A stretch of DNA of 48,440 nucleotides from a virus. Lineage: Duplodnaviria > Caudoviricetes. Numbering within the stretch: the first letter of the stretch is position 1; each line of letters begins with the position of its first letter. Shown piece after piece: positions 32,793 to 43,352 of the stretch. The notes under the pieces are model-generated. The model did no database searches, was not told where the DNA came from, and saw nothing but the letters and a program-made list of their open reading frames with translations. Both the position numbers and the translations under genes were made by a program. The stretch covers positions 1 to 48,440 of the IMG/VR virus record IMGVR_UViG_3300017553_000002; one strand, given 5' to 3'.

Positions 32793-35162
32793 TTAGGCTA
32801 ATAATCCCGGCAGGATCTTATCCCTTAAGATGGTATAAATCTCAGTGGCTAAATACTCAGACCATTCAGCATTAAAATGATATTGGTCAATAAGTTGGGC
32901 ATCCTTCATGTCTATCAGATATATGTTTTCATCCTGAGCAGCAATATCCTTTTGTGCCTGTTCAACAATAGTATTGTATTGAGCAGATGCATGAGGGACT
33001 GTACTCATGAATATGGGCAGCTTAGGATTGCCGACCACGCCCCGGATATAATCAATAACATTAATCAGATTATCGTAATATTTGATAGCTGCGTTTATTG
33101 TCGAATCTCCCTCTCCCTGAATGAATAAAACGAATTTTAGACAGCGAATATCAATACCATTGGCGATCATTCTCCTAAATGCCTGCTCCGCCAATAAAAG
33201 AAGCTTTAAATCTGATTTACCATTATCTTCATTATATTTGTCTATCTGCTCATCCAGAGGAGTCCAAAAGCCACCACCGTCAGTACCCGTAGTGTCTATT
33301 GCCGTTCCTCCCAGTGATCTTTTTAATTCATATACATCCACGCCTTTGCTTTCTAAATAATGCGTTAGTTTCTTCAAAAGCAAAACGTCAAAGCCCCATT
33401 TGCCATTTAATACATAAGGTGCAAAATTGGGATTTAACTGGTTCTTGCTGTAATACGTACCTGTCATGGTAGTTCCGTCCAGATAGTTGACCGTATTCCC
33501 GTCCTCATCCTGATAAGAAACAGGGAAATCTGCGATTGCGTTCCTTCCGTCTATTTGGCTTTGTCCAAGTGCCCAAAAAACCAATATTGCAAGTGCGATT
33601 AGATTCTTATCATAGTTTTTGGGTGCCGCTCCTCTATTATACATATCAGAGATCGCATTAAGCACCTTTTTGGCGTTGTCGGGAAGTAGATCTGATAGTT
33701 TATCTATATCGATATTTTCTGGATCGATCTTATTTGGATTTTTACCGCCAGGATAAACAGCTATTTTAGCATCTGCTGGTAGTCTACTTCCGGATGCTGT
33801 GTTGAAATTGACGGCAATTTTGGCCACATTTGCTACGGTTATCGGCACCTCAAAATGCCCATTGTCAATGTCAGCTACTAGCGCATCTGAGTAATTTATC
33901 CTTTTTAAGAAGTTTCCATCGGCATCCAGAACCAAAAAAAGCATTGAGGTAGGAGCTTGATAGTTATATCCATCAAGTATTACCGTGTCGCCCGTTTTGC
34001 AGTCAAGTAAGTCATTTTTATGTTGCCATCCGGAAATAACGGTAACAGTGGGCGCATTGCCTACGGTTCCAGTCCAGTATCCGGCGGAATACGGAGGGAA
34101 ATCTGCATTTAAAGAGGCAGGGAAAATACTTTGTTTAAGCCCTAGGACACCCTTAGATGAGATGTTTTTAGTGCTATTTTTAATATCATCGGTGGTTTCG
34201 TTTACCCCTTTTATATCTTCAGTTGCCTTAGGTAAATTATCTGAATTTGCCACCAATAAGGTATTAACCCCTATTGTAACCTTGTCAATTGGGAAATTCT
34301 CTTCATCAGTATTATAAAAGTATAACCCAATTTTTGCAACTCCGGCACCAACACTTGCCTCAAAATGTCCGGCTTCCATGTCAGCATTCTCGGCGGTATC
34401 TCCCTGCAGCCTGCCCAAATAATTGCCATCGCTGTCAATCCATGCAAGCAGCCCGTTTGTTGCGATTCCATTAAGATTAAACCCATCAAGGATGATCCGA
34501 TCACCTTCTTTCACATCCATAAGGTCCGCATATTTATATCCCGCTGTGGTAGTCTTTATTACAGCCGCCTCGCCAACATTGCCACCCCAAAAGCCATCAC
34601 CTACGGGCGTGAATGGCATTGGAGGGTTTTCAGCGGTGAATGCCCCTTCAATGAAAGATATTTTTTTGTTCAAATCCTGCGTAGAGCCTGGAAAGCCACC
34701 GTTAGGTGTTAAATAATTTGTATCTACATCCACCGGTACTGCCTGCACCGTCGCTTTTGTGCCGTCCCAGCTGATCACATTCAGATTTTCGGTCAACACA
34801 ATCGGCTGTGCATCTGCTCCGGGAAAGGATGCAAAAGTGCCAGGGCCGGAGAAATAGATGTATTGAGAATCTGTGGTGGCTCCTGCTGCGGGGACTGTAT
34901 TGGTAAAGGCCACTCCTTTAATATTACCAGGAGCACCAATGGGTATAAATTCATTACCAGTGTAAAAATTATAAATCCCAGCGATCCAAAAGAATTTATA
35001 CTTGGCCCAGGTGGGAGACATATCCTGACCAGCAAAGAATGCGGTTACTTCAGATGTGCTGGTCCAGTGCCTATAAGTTCCATCTCCTATAGGATACAGC
35101 TCCCATTCATTGAACGGTTTAGGATTAGTCGGTTTAAAATTGTCAGATGTTGCAATACTCAT
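32793..35162 (-). CDS. Tail spike / receptor-binding protein with C-terminal SGNH O-acetylesterase (SASA-like)
   Basis: GQSQ, GGT, QGEGD and DQYH motifs; two internal repeated domains; last tail gene. Confidence 0.78.
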   Translation of the reverse strand: MSIATSDNFKPTNPKPFNEWELYPIGDGTYRHWTSTSEVTAFFAGQDMSPTWAKYKFFWIAGIYNFYTGNEFIPIGAPGNIKGVAFTNTVPAAGATTDSQYIYFSGPGTFASFPGADAQPIVLTENLNVISWDGTKATVQAVPVDVDTNYLTPNGGFPGSTQDLNKKISFIEGAFTAENPPMPFTPVGDGFWGGNVGEAAVIKTTTAGYKYADLMDVKEGDRIILDGFNLNGIATNGLLAWIDSDGNYLGRLQGDTAENADMEAGHFEASVGAGVAKIGLYFYNTDEENFPIDKVTIGVNTLLVANSDNLPKATEDIKGVNETTDDIKNSTKNISSKGVLGLKQSIFPASLNADFPPYSAGYWTGTVGNAPTVTVISGWQHKNDLLDCKTGDTVILDGYNYQAPTSMLFLVLDADGNFLKRINYSDALVADIDNGHFEVPITVANVAKIAVNFNTASGSRLPADAKIAVYPGGKNPNKIDPENIDIDKLSDLLPDNAKKVLNAISDMYNRGAAPKNYDKNLIALAILVFWALGQSQIDGRNAIADFPVSYQDEDGNTVNYLDGTTMTGTYYSKNQLNPNFAPYVLNGKWGFDVLLLKKLTHYLESKGVDVYELKRSLGGTAIDTTGTDGGGFWTPLDEQIDKYNEDNGKSDLKLLLLAEQAFRRMIANGIDIRCLKFVLFIQGEGDSTINAAIKYYDNLINVIDYIRGVVGNPKLPIFMSTVPHASAQYNTIVEQAQKDIAAQDENIYLIDMKDAQLIDQYHFNAEWSEYLATEIYTILRDKILPGLLA

Positions 35163-35189
35163 CGTGCTAATATTAATATGGTGGAAAAA

Positions 35190-38100
35190 TTATTTTACTT
35201 TAATTCGGGTGGATGGATTGTTGTTGAACTGGGTAATCCATTGAGATTTATATAACCTCCCAGGCAGGCCATTAATGGTAAAATCTTTTGATTTGAACAG
35301 ATCCCCGGGTTGATCAATGGTACCAGTCATCAAGGGCTGTCCCAGGTCCTGCCAGGAGGTTTTAAGACTAAAACCCAGTGGTATCCAAAACCAGTAATAA
35401 GCGGCCTTAAGGACCGGACCGTAATTAATGATAATATCGCCGTCAGGATTAGCCAGGAAGAATTTATCTGCAATTGTGGGATCCGCTGCTGTTGGTAGTG
35501 TGCCGTAATAAATCATTGTATTTGTTTGGGTCTTGAATAATTCAATGCCAGGATCCTCTACAGGAGAGAGATCAATATCGAAATAGGATAGGGGGTTACC
35601 TTCCTGTTCATGCGCCTGGAGTTTTGAGTCTGCATTTCTGGTGTATTTCTGGCCATCAATAAACAAAGTGTTTACCGAAAGGACATGGTTAAGTTTAATC
35701 ACCATCCAATCGGGCAAACCATATGCATCCCCAAGAAATAATTTCCGGGTGTAGGTGGCCATACTGCTAAGGATCTCAAAATTACCTTCCTCATCCTGGT
35801 AATCCTCCAACGTATTTGTAGGTGTTATATGCTGCCAGAAAGCTGCCACACGTATGGATGGATTCCAGCCGTCAAAAAAGGCGTCAATAAAATTGTAGCT
35901 GTTTTTGTATTCAAACAGGAAGGTATCGGGACAATCATCATTTACTGAGAACGGCTCACTAATACAGATTGGTTTCCCCTCAGAATAAACCAGGGCGGTA
36001 TAATTACCCTCTTCCAGGTCCGATGTGTCAATACTTGCCTGTAAAAGCCGATTAGGAGCCAACACGGCCGGATTTAACGCTTCGGTCATGGGCACTTCGT
36101 TGACAAAGCCCAAAAGGCAGGAATGTACCTTAATAACAATATTGGAGTTGCTATTGGCCAGGAACTGAAGCTCGATGGTATCGCCCTGCTGCCATGGTTG
36201 AATATATTTAGCTGACATGGTCCAGCGCGTCATACGCTCAGACAGCCAGGCGTTGTACATGCCCGTTTCATGGTATTTAGCGGGCACCTGATAATCATAT
36301 TTGACCAGGTGAAGCGGGTTCAGATTGGATATATAAAGAGAATTGTCCATGTTGAAAAAGAATTGCCCGTTCTCATTTAGTTTGAACAGCGTGGAAAGAT
36401 CAGTTTTAGGCGCTACCAAAAGTGTCCATTCCTGGGAGCTACTGATAGCTGGCTTTGCCTTCATGGTCCCGACCGGGAGACAGTAAAGTTCAAAGCCCTT
36501 GTATTTGAGTTTAATATAGCCTTTGCCGATATTACTCATTACATCTACAAACCGGTAAGGAACCTTAGATTTAAAGGTCAGCTGGTATGGCAGAAATAGC
36601 GGCTGGCTAAGACTCTCCACTGGAGTGTCTGCTACCTCGTTTACGACATCGGCGCCTAGCGTTGTTACCAGGCCCGTGTTTTTATTACCGGTCAGAAATT
36701 TAATGGCCTGGCCAGCCTGCTGCATGAGCATGCCATGCAGATAATTACCATGTGCCAGCAGCTGCCTTTTAGGGCTGATTGTGGTATTATAAACCGTATT
36801 ATCCAATACGCCAGCAATAGTATCGTATTCGGGCCGGTTAACCACTGTCCTTATGCCGGAGATTTGGATGGTAGCGTTCACATCCTCTTCCAAGGTTGTG
36901 GCCGTGTCGATCCAGACCAAGAACTCGTAAAATGAAGGCCCCCCGCCTTGAACTGCCGTTACTTTTGCGGTAAAATTGTTATTCACTGTTCCGGAAATCA
37001 CCAAAGTGTCCCCAACCCGAAACTTGGACTTCAGGGACGGATCATGAAACCCGATTGCATTTGGCAGCTGCAAGAATGAAACTATACCGGCAATAGATTC
37101 TGTTTTGGTTACTTCCATGGTATCTACCAGAAAAGCCTGTTTGTCTCCGTCATTATCCGTATTGTCCAGGCCTGTTAGACCGCCCCTGATAAATTCAATG
37201 CCAAAGGCATCACCCCGGTATTTAGAGGTGATGTCATAATCCTTTTTGACCACGGTAACCGGCAGGGAGAAGGAATGCTCTGTATTGAACTCAAACTTTC
37301 CGCTGTTGGCATCATAATCCTGATCCGGATACCCGCACATAACCACATTGGCGATATAACTATCAGCTGTTGCGATTTCAAGGTCTTTTACTTCCCCGAT
37401 ATCCAGTACCTGGTCCTCATCACCATACAGGTCTGCCTTGGGTTCTACCCAAAGGACATTATCCTCTATTTTAATGCCCAGATTATAAATAGCGTTATAG
37501 CTGGCAAAGAAATCAGCAAAACTGGTCGTTAAAAGGTAATTCTGAATAGGGTGGCCATCGCCTTTTGCTGTATTACGAATGGCATCGCCACAACTAGTAA
37601 CTAAATTTGCATTTTGTGTAAAGAACTTGCTTTCTGCTGTAAATTTCCCGTCCGTCATTTTAGAGACAATAGCCTTTAGTAAAGCCAATGGCCGCAAAGC
37701 ATAATTTTCCGAATCATCATTTACAGAGGTAGTGATCACCTTAAGCTCCTGGTCACCAAATACTATATTTGAACTTACGGTGTCGCTCGGACCTTCCGGC
37801 GTTAAAACGCCATAAACAAATAGCTTACTATTAGGATCGACCGTAACAGCCAAATCAATTTTAAGTATAGCCGCGGATCCATGCTGAGGGTAATCGAACT
37901 TGTCTATCAAAACCGGAGTTCCTAATACGCTTGCTGCCTCATCGTAGATTACATATTTCAAAGAATAGGAGCCAGGCGTATCCTGATTATCAAGACCTAC
38001 CGGATAGGATGATCGTGCCTTAATGTAAAAGTTTCCCTGGATCTTGACTGCTACTGCCCGGCTGGATGTTTCCAGCAGGTAATTGGTATTATCTTTTAAG

Positions 38101-38768
38101 CTGGTAGTACCGTAATGGTCATATTGCGGATTGCCCATAACGAGGCCCACACTGTCCCCTTCATGGTCAACAAATACCATTGGAACAATATGGTTGGTAG
38201 GGTTATTGACACCAAATATGAGCGTATTGCCGATATCTATTTGCTGGAACACATTGCTATTCTCAAGCGTAATACCTGTAAAATTCACTTTGATGATATC
38301 CGGAGCGGTTTCATCGCACAAAATGTCATAATCAGTGCCTTCATTGCTGTTTAAATACTGGAGTACTCCGCCTTCTATGGCATTGACGGTAACACCTGTC
38401 CTAGGATCATCCTTGTATTTACTAAAATCCAGGCGTCCGCGGTATTCCTGGACGTAATTTCCAGTTTCCCGGTCCCAGCGCATTACCAGGATGTAAAGTT
38501 CTTCCTCGAAACCTCTGCCATCTCTAACCATGGTTCTGAGTATCTCAGCGCCGTCTTTAATGAATTTAAGGGGAAGAGAGAAGCTCCTGGCCAGGTTAAA
38601 ATACTTTTCATTTGTATTGAAAGCAATCTCCATGTTTCTCCAGCCATCCGGAGCATATTGTAATGCAGAGGGCTCTGTTACCTTCACTACATTACCGTCC
38701 CTGACAGTGCAATATTGATTTACACTGTCAAGGATAAAGAATTGCCATATTTTGCTCGGATTAATCAT
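35190..38768 (-). CDS. Large minor tail / baseplate protein
   Basis: 1192 aa, beta-rich, directly after the tape measure gene. Confidence 0.72.
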   Translation of the reverse strand: MINPSKIWQFFILDSVNQYCTVRDGNVVKVTEPSALQYAPDGWRNMEIAFNTNEKYFNLARSFSLPLKFIKDGAEILRTMVRDGRGFEEELYILVMRWDRETGNYVQEYRGRLDFSKYKDDPRTGVTVNAIEGGVLQYLNSNEGTDYDILCDETAPDIIKVNFTGITLENSNVFQQIDIGNTLIFGVNNPTNHIVPMVFVDHEGDSVGLVMGNPQYDHYGTTSLKDNTNYLLETSSRAVAVKIQGNFYIKARSSYPVGLDNQDTPGSYSLKYVIYDEAASVLGTPVLIDKFDYPQHGSAAILKIDLAVTVDPNSKLFVYGVLTPEGPSDTVSSNIVFGDQELKVITTSVNDDSENYALRPLALLKAIVSKMTDGKFTAESKFFTQNANLVTSCGDAIRNTAKGDGHPIQNYLLTTSFADFFASYNAIYNLGIKIEDNVLWVEPKADLYGDEDQVLDIGEVKDLEIATADSYIANVVMCGYPDQDYDANSGKFEFNTEHSFSLPVTVVKKDYDITSKYRGDAFGIEFIRGGLTGLDNTDNDGDKQAFLVDTMEVTKTESIAGIVSFLQLPNAIGFHDPSLKSKFRVGDTLVISGTVNNNFTAKVTAVQGGGPSFYEFLVWIDTATTLEEDVNATIQISGIRTVVNRPEYDTIAGVLDNTVYNTTISPKRQLLAHGNYLHGMLMQQAGQAIKFLTGNKNTGLVTTLGADVVNEVADTPVESLSQPLFLPYQLTFKSKVPYRFVDVMSNIGKGYIKLKYKGFELYCLPVGTMKAKPAISSSQEWTLLVAPKTDLSTLFKLNENGQFFFNMDNSLYISNLNPLHLVKYDYQVPAKYHETGMYNAWLSERMTRWTMSAKYIQPWQQGDTIELQFLANSNSNIVIKVHSCLLGFVNEVPMTEALNPAVLAPNRLLQASIDTSDLEEGNYTALVYSEGKPICISEPFSVNDDCPDTFLFEYKNSYNFIDAFFDGWNPSIRVAAFWQHITPTNTLEDYQDEEGNFEILSSMATYTRKLFLGDAYGLPDWMVIKLNHVLSVNTLFIDGQKYTRNADSKLQAHEQEGNPLSYFDIDLSPVEDPGIELFKTQTNTMIYYGTLPTAADPTIADKFFLANPDGDIIINYGPVLKAAYYWFWIPLGFSLKTSWQDLGQPLMTGTIDQPGDLFKSKDFTINGLPGRLYKSQWITQFNNNPSTRIKVK

Positions 38769-41700
38769 CTATACCTCTTGTATTTCGTTGTACATATTTG
38801 GCCCAGCCCAGATCAATATTTATATTATTAACCTGAATTCTTTTGCCGCGACTTTGATTTGCATCCTTATATGCCTGAGCCAGTTGTTTTAATTGCCATG
38901 GGGCTATTTCCATATAATCAGGCTTTTTGATCTTTGCCAGTTCCATCAATTGTGCAAACTGGTAATCCTTTTCACGGCTCAAAAATTCCGGGGTTATTGG
39001 TATAACCTGAGTGTGTGTGGGCAAATCCATTAACATCGGTTTTGTGGCCATACCTATTTTTCCGTCCGGAGTGATAACCAGTTCCCTGTGTTTCCCTTCT
39101 CCGACAATGGCAGGGCCGCCCGGGTGATCGTCCGTACCTTCAGCGTATTGAGGAACTTTTGTGGCCACCACTGCTGCCAGCTCAGCAGCGCCCATAGCTC
39201 CTATAGTATAAGTAAGAGGTAAGGCAAACCAGCCACCCTGAGCCAGCGTCTTCATTATTGCCTCAGCGGTGCTGCTAATTATATTAATTATGCTTATCTG
39301 TTTATTGAACTGTGCCCGTTCATTATCAGCTTGCTTTTGGCGCTTTTCAATCTGCTGTTTTTGCGCGTCATGTTGGGCTTCTAAAACCTTTAATTTATTT
39401 GCCTTTTCTGCTTCTGATAGGGTAGAGTTGGCAATGTTTTCCTGTTCCTTCGAGTAATTATCATCGGCCTTTTGCGCTAATTCATCCAATTCGGCTTTTT
39501 GATTATTATAATCAATATCGCCAATTGATTGCATCGTTGATGCTAAATTGTTTAAAGCTTCGGCAACCCTTTCTACATAAGGCAGCATCTTTTGAGCCCA
39601 AATTTGCCATTTTGGCATAGGGTTTTCGTCACTTTCTTTAACAAAATCCTGATAGGACTTCCTAAGACTTGAAATTTTATTTTGTAGCTCGAGAAACTCT
39701 TTTGGATCTGTGGTTAACTTTGCTGCTGCTTCCGCTGCTGCTATTTGAAGCTTAATTGCTTCAGCAGTATATTCTCGCTGCAATTTGATCATTCTTTGAG
39801 CATATTCAGTCTGAGAGATCTCCTTTTTATTAAGAGATTCCGTTAATGCCGCCTGCTCATTATTGTATTGTGTGGTGAGATCCTGGAGTCTGCTCTGGCC
39901 ATTTTCAAGTTCCAGCTTGGCATCATCATCCCTTTGCTTAAACTTAAGGATTTGGAGTTCTTTGCCATGTTTCTGTTCAAATGACTTCATTTCCTCCAGG
40001 TCCTTCTCATATTGAGCCTTAAAATCTGCATCTGCCTTTTGCTGAAGCTTTGCGTTTTCTGAATTGAATTTTACAGTAAGATCTAAGGACTTTTTGGCAG
40101 CTTCCTCTTTAATGGCAACTTTCTGTTCCTCAGTCAATCCAGCCTGTTGAAGATCATACTTTGCATTGTCTGCAATGATTTGCTGCTCAATAGCATAATA
40201 TTTTTTTAGAAAGCCTTGCCTGGCAGCATAGCCTATAGAATCCAAGTCAGCCAGAGACTTATTAAGTGCCGCTTGCTGTTGAAGTTGAGCCTCGTTTGAC
40301 TTTTTTTGTGCCTCCAGCATTTTTTTTGCCAAAATACTCTGTTGCTTTGCAGTTTTATCATCGGCACTTCCAAACGGAGTCCATTTATTTTGTTTGGCAG
40401 TAGAAGCTATATCCTTCATGATTTTGGTGGCTATATCCTTATACCCCAATGCAGCCTTAGTATCCTCATTATACCCTTCCACGACAGCTTCAACACCTGC
40501 TTTCGCCATTTCATTGAGGTTTTGATTGGATCCAAGGAAGGCCCCAATCATTTTTATATACCCTTTTATTCCAGGGCCATCAGTAATTTTCTTTTGGGCT
40601 TCTACAGTCTTTTCAGCATATTGTTGATAAGCATAGGTTGCGGCTGCTTTTTGCGCCATCATTTCAATGTATACATCCTTGTTTTTGACTAGCTGAGATT
40701 CGGCTGATTCCAAATCAGTCACTTTGCCGGTTGTTTTTCCTATGGTAGAATTATATTCCTGAAGTACCTGTTTTTTATCAATAAACCCTTTTTTAGCTAA
40801 TTCTATTTTATCAGTAAGCTCCGCTACGTTAGCTACTGCACTTTTATAATCTGTGCTTTCCAGCGCTTTACTAAAAGCTTCCTGGCTTAATTTGGCCTCA
40901 TCTATTGCCTGTTTGCCTTTTATTAAAGATGTAATAAGTTCACCTACTTCCTTACCGTAAACAACCAGAAGTGTAATGCCTAAGGATAGGGCAGTATTCC
41001 AGGAAAAGAATGCAGATCCCAGTTGTTTTAGGACGGAAGTTGTAGGCTTGCCTTCTGCTTTCAAAGCAGCATTTTCTACCCGGATCCGTTTGATCTCATC
41101 GGCTAGGATCGGGATATTGTTGGATATCCCCATAAAGCCGGTTTGAAGGCTATTGGCGAATGCAGGAAGTTCCCTGGTTAGCTGACTGACAGAGTTACCC
41201 AGGCCGTTCCAGGCCAAGGCATAATTGCCCACTTTGCGCTGGTGATTGCCGATAGTCTCATCCATTTTGGTGAGCTCTGCTCTTGCAGCAGCAACTTCTT
41301 TTTGCAGATTAACCCCGATTTCGCTTTCACGGTCCGTTTTTTTGAGCGCTTTCCAGGTCCTTTCCAGTTGGAGCATTTTCGCGTTTAGCTGATCATAGCT
41401 GTCCTCAGCAGCGATCAGCTCCTTGGTCTGGGACGTGATATAAAGGTTTTGCTGTTTGATAGCCTGGCCCAGTAGCTTCTCCTGCTTTTCAAGTTGCAGG
41501 AGGCTGGCATTATACTGATCCAGGGTGATATTGCCTGCCTGATAATCTTTGGCCAGGCTTCTCTGGGCTACCTGGTTTTCATTTAGCGCTCCTTTCAGCT
41601 TCCTCAAAGCTACCAGGCTTCCTTCAATATTTCCTAGCATGCTTCCATAGGCGGCATTCACTTCACCAACGGATTTGGCGGTCTGAACCTTAGCCTGGGC

Positions 41701-42003
41701 AGCATCTGCAGCAGCCTGAGCTTCTTTTTTCTGGGCTTCAGCCGTCTTTTGCTGCTGCTTATAGTGATCTTCAAGGACCTGGTTGTAATTTTTAATAGTT
41801 TCTGTCAGCCGTTGATATTGTGTCTCCAGGTCCTTAGTAACCGCTTTGAAATCTTTTATGGAATTGCTCATTTTAATCTCAATGCGGAGTCCGTCGATCT
41901 TTTTGGCAGATTGATAAACCTCATTGAGCGCTTCAAGGATTTTACCTTTTTCCTTGACTACATCCTCAGAGAACCCTAAATCTATAATATTATGTGCCGA
42001 CAT
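38761..42003 (-). CDS. Tail tape measure protein
   Basis: 1080 aa, Ala/Lys/Gln-rich helical; NHQRKVGNY, RELPAF, YAEGT..HPGGPAIVGE. Confidence 0.9.
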   Translation of the reverse strand: MSAHNIIDLGFSEDVVKEKGKILEALNEVYQSAKKIDGLRIEIKMSNSIKDFKAVTKDLETQYQRLTETIKNYNQVLEDHYKQQQKTAEAQKKEAQAAADAAQAKVQTAKSVGEVNAAYGSMLGNIEGSLVALRKLKGALNENQVAQRSLAKDYQAGNITLDQYNASLLQLEKQEKLLGQAIKQQNLYITSQTKELIAAEDSYDQLNAKMLQLERTWKALKKTDRESEIGVNLQKEVAAARAELTKMDETIGNHQRKVGNYALAWNGLGNSVSQLTRELPAFANSLQTGFMGISNNIPILADEIKRIRVENAALKAEGKPTTSVLKQLGSAFFSWNTALSLGITLLVVYGKEVGELITSLIKGKQAIDEAKLSQEAFSKALESTDYKSAVANVAELTDKIELAKKGFIDKKQVLQEYNSTIGKTTGKVTDLESAESQLVKNKDVYIEMMAQKAAATYAYQQYAEKTVEAQKKITDGPGIKGYIKMIGAFLGSNQNLNEMAKAGVEAVVEGYNEDTKAALGYKDIATKIMKDIASTAKQNKWTPFGSADDKTAKQQSILAKKMLEAQKKSNEAQLQQQAALNKSLADLDSIGYAARQGFLKKYYAIEQQIIADNAKYDLQQAGLTEEQKVAIKEEAAKKSLDLTVKFNSENAKLQQKADADFKAQYEKDLEEMKSFEQKHGKELQILKFKQRDDDAKLELENGQSRLQDLTTQYNNEQAALTESLNKKEISQTEYAQRMIKLQREYTAEAIKLQIAAAEAAAKLTTDPKEFLELQNKISSLRKSYQDFVKESDENPMPKWQIWAQKMLPYVERVAEALNNLASTMQSIGDIDYNNQKAELDELAQKADDNYSKEQENIANSTLSEAEKANKLKVLEAQHDAQKQQIEKRQKQADNERAQFNKQISIINIISSTAEAIMKTLAQGGWFALPLTYTIGAMGAAELAAVVATKVPQYAEGTDDHPGGPAIVGEGKHRELVITPDGKIGMATKPMLMDLPTHTQVIPITPEFLSREKDYQFAQLMELAKIKKPDYMEIAPWQLKQLAQAYKDANQSRGKRIQVNNINIDLGWAKYVQRNTRGIDD

Positions 42004-42641
42004 TATTTGCTTCTTTTATTGGTGATGGCTTCCATTTCAGCAGTAAAATCCTTGTACATCAGTCCAAGCTCCTCCATAGAGGTTTTGTCCTTATCGATAC
42101 TGAACCCTTCCTTACCAAGCCTATTCAGAAGTGAAACAAAGGCTATACGTTGCTGTTTAAGGCTTTTTGCTTGCCCCGTTGATTTTTGCCTAAATGCCTC
42201 CAGTGCCCTGAGTTTGTTCAAAAGCTCGGACTCCGTCCTGCGTTCTTTGCGCTCAATGCCTTTCAGATCGTTTAAGAATTTTACAGGATCCGGATTTTCC
42301 TGGTCCCACTTAATTTTGTGCCCCAGTTTTTTAAGGTCGGTGAGGGCAGGATAGAAAGGTTCTCCGACCTCAGCCATACAAACGCGGTTAATCTTTATGA
42401 AATTACCAATGGATTTTAATCTGGTTTGCAGGTATTCAATCTGCTTGATCAGAATATAATCCCCAGATTGCTCCATGCCGGCAAGGGTTATATACTCTTC
42501 ATGGATGGATTCAAATGCTTCTGCCAGTTCCTGATCAGAGGCTTCACCAGACACAATTAATACCTTTAAATTGCCCTCAAACCCGGCAGCCATATAGGTC
42601 CGGACAGTACATTCTTTAGCGGTATTGATAATTTGTGTCAT
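42003..42641 (-). CDS. Hypothetical protein (tail assembly chaperone candidate)
   Basis: Directly upstream of the tape measure gene. Confidence 0.55.
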   Translation of the reverse strand: MTQIINTAKECTVRTYMAAGFEGNLKVLIVSGEASDQELAEAFESIHEEYITLAGMEQSGDYILIKQIEYLQTRLKSIGNFIKINRVCMAEVGEPFYPALTDLKKLGHKIKWDQENPDPVKFLNDLKGIERKERRTESELLNKLRALEAFRQKSTGQAKSLKQQRIAFVSLLNRLGKEGFSIDKDKTSMEELGLMYKDFTAEMEAITNKRSK

Positions 42642-43120
42642 AATTTTAAACCTGTCTTTTTTAATAAAACCTCCTTAAAATCAGGAAGCAGGACATCTTC
42701 TGCGAATTCTTTTCGGCTTGACTCCGTTAAACCGAGGACCTCTTCACCGCTCCTTTCAAGCATTGTCTGATATTTCTCCTCTTCGTCGTTAGAACCTCCC
42801 TTGCTCACCACCGTAAACTGGCCATTACTTATTTTGGTTACCAAAGAGCGGTATAAGGCACCGGTATCCCTCCAGGTTACACGGTCATAGACCTGCCCTT
42901 TTTGTTCCTTCCTGATCATCGTATAAGGCCGGTAGCCGAAACCCCAGGGCGCGTTATCCTTAAGCATAATCTGCTCACCTTGGCTATCTATACCGGTAAA
43001 GAGCTGGATCGCCTGCAGGTCGGCAATCTTGTCCTGGTTGGACACAATAATAGCCTCCTGCTCCTTCATAAAATCAAAGGCAGATAAGTTATTGATCAGT
43101 GTCTCCAGGCCTTTCAGCAT
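42638..43120 (-). CDS. Virion morphogenesis / tail completion-like protein
   Basis: YRPYT..RK...DRVTWRDTGALY...VLGLT motif; tail operon. Confidence 0.6.
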   Translation of the reverse strand: MLKGLETLINNLSAFDFMKEQEAIIVSNQDKIADLQAIQLFTGIDSQGEQIMLKDNAPWGFGYRPYTMIRKEQKGQVYDRVTWRDTGALYRSLVTKISNGQFTVVSKGGSNDEEEKYQTMLERSGEEVLGLTESSRKEFAEDVLLPDFKEVLLKKTGLKL

Positions 43121-43295
43121 TCTTTTTAGTCTTTTTTGGGTTCAGCTGGTTAAAGAGTTGTTTGCAGAGCGCTTCCCGCTCCTTTCCGGATTCCTGATGG
43201 AAGAAGCGCTTATCAGCTATAAGATCCTGGACCGTCTTGATCTTTCCAAGATGCTCCAGGTTAAAATGGTACTGGTTGAATTTTAGATAGGACAT
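43089..43295 (-). CDS. Hypothetical protein
   Basis: 68 aa after the tail tube gene. Confidence 0.55.
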   Translation of the reverse strand: MSYLKFNQYHFNLEHLGKIKTVQDLIADKRFFHQESGKEREALCKQLFNQLNPKKTKKNAERPGDTDQ

Positions 43296-43314
43296 TCCTT
43301 AAGGTTTAATGGTT

Positions 43315-43341
43315 AAAAAGAAGGGGGAGTGATCCCCCTTT
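43315..43341 (-). terminator. Intrinsic terminator after the major tail gene
   Basis: AAGGGGGA...TCCCCCTT-CTTTTT on the minus strand. Confidence 0.75.
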
Positions 43342-43352
43342 ATTTATAGCTA

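Noticed and set aside
32793-38768. Diversity-generating retroelement or tail-fibre shufflon
   Set aside because: No reverse transcriptase, no TR/VR pair and no inverted tail cassettes seen
43131-43137. A-AAA-AAG slippery heptamer in the 68-aa gene after the tail tube as a tail-chaperone frameshift
   Set aside because: The -1 frame reaches TAA after one further codon, and the downstream ORF is in the +1 frame
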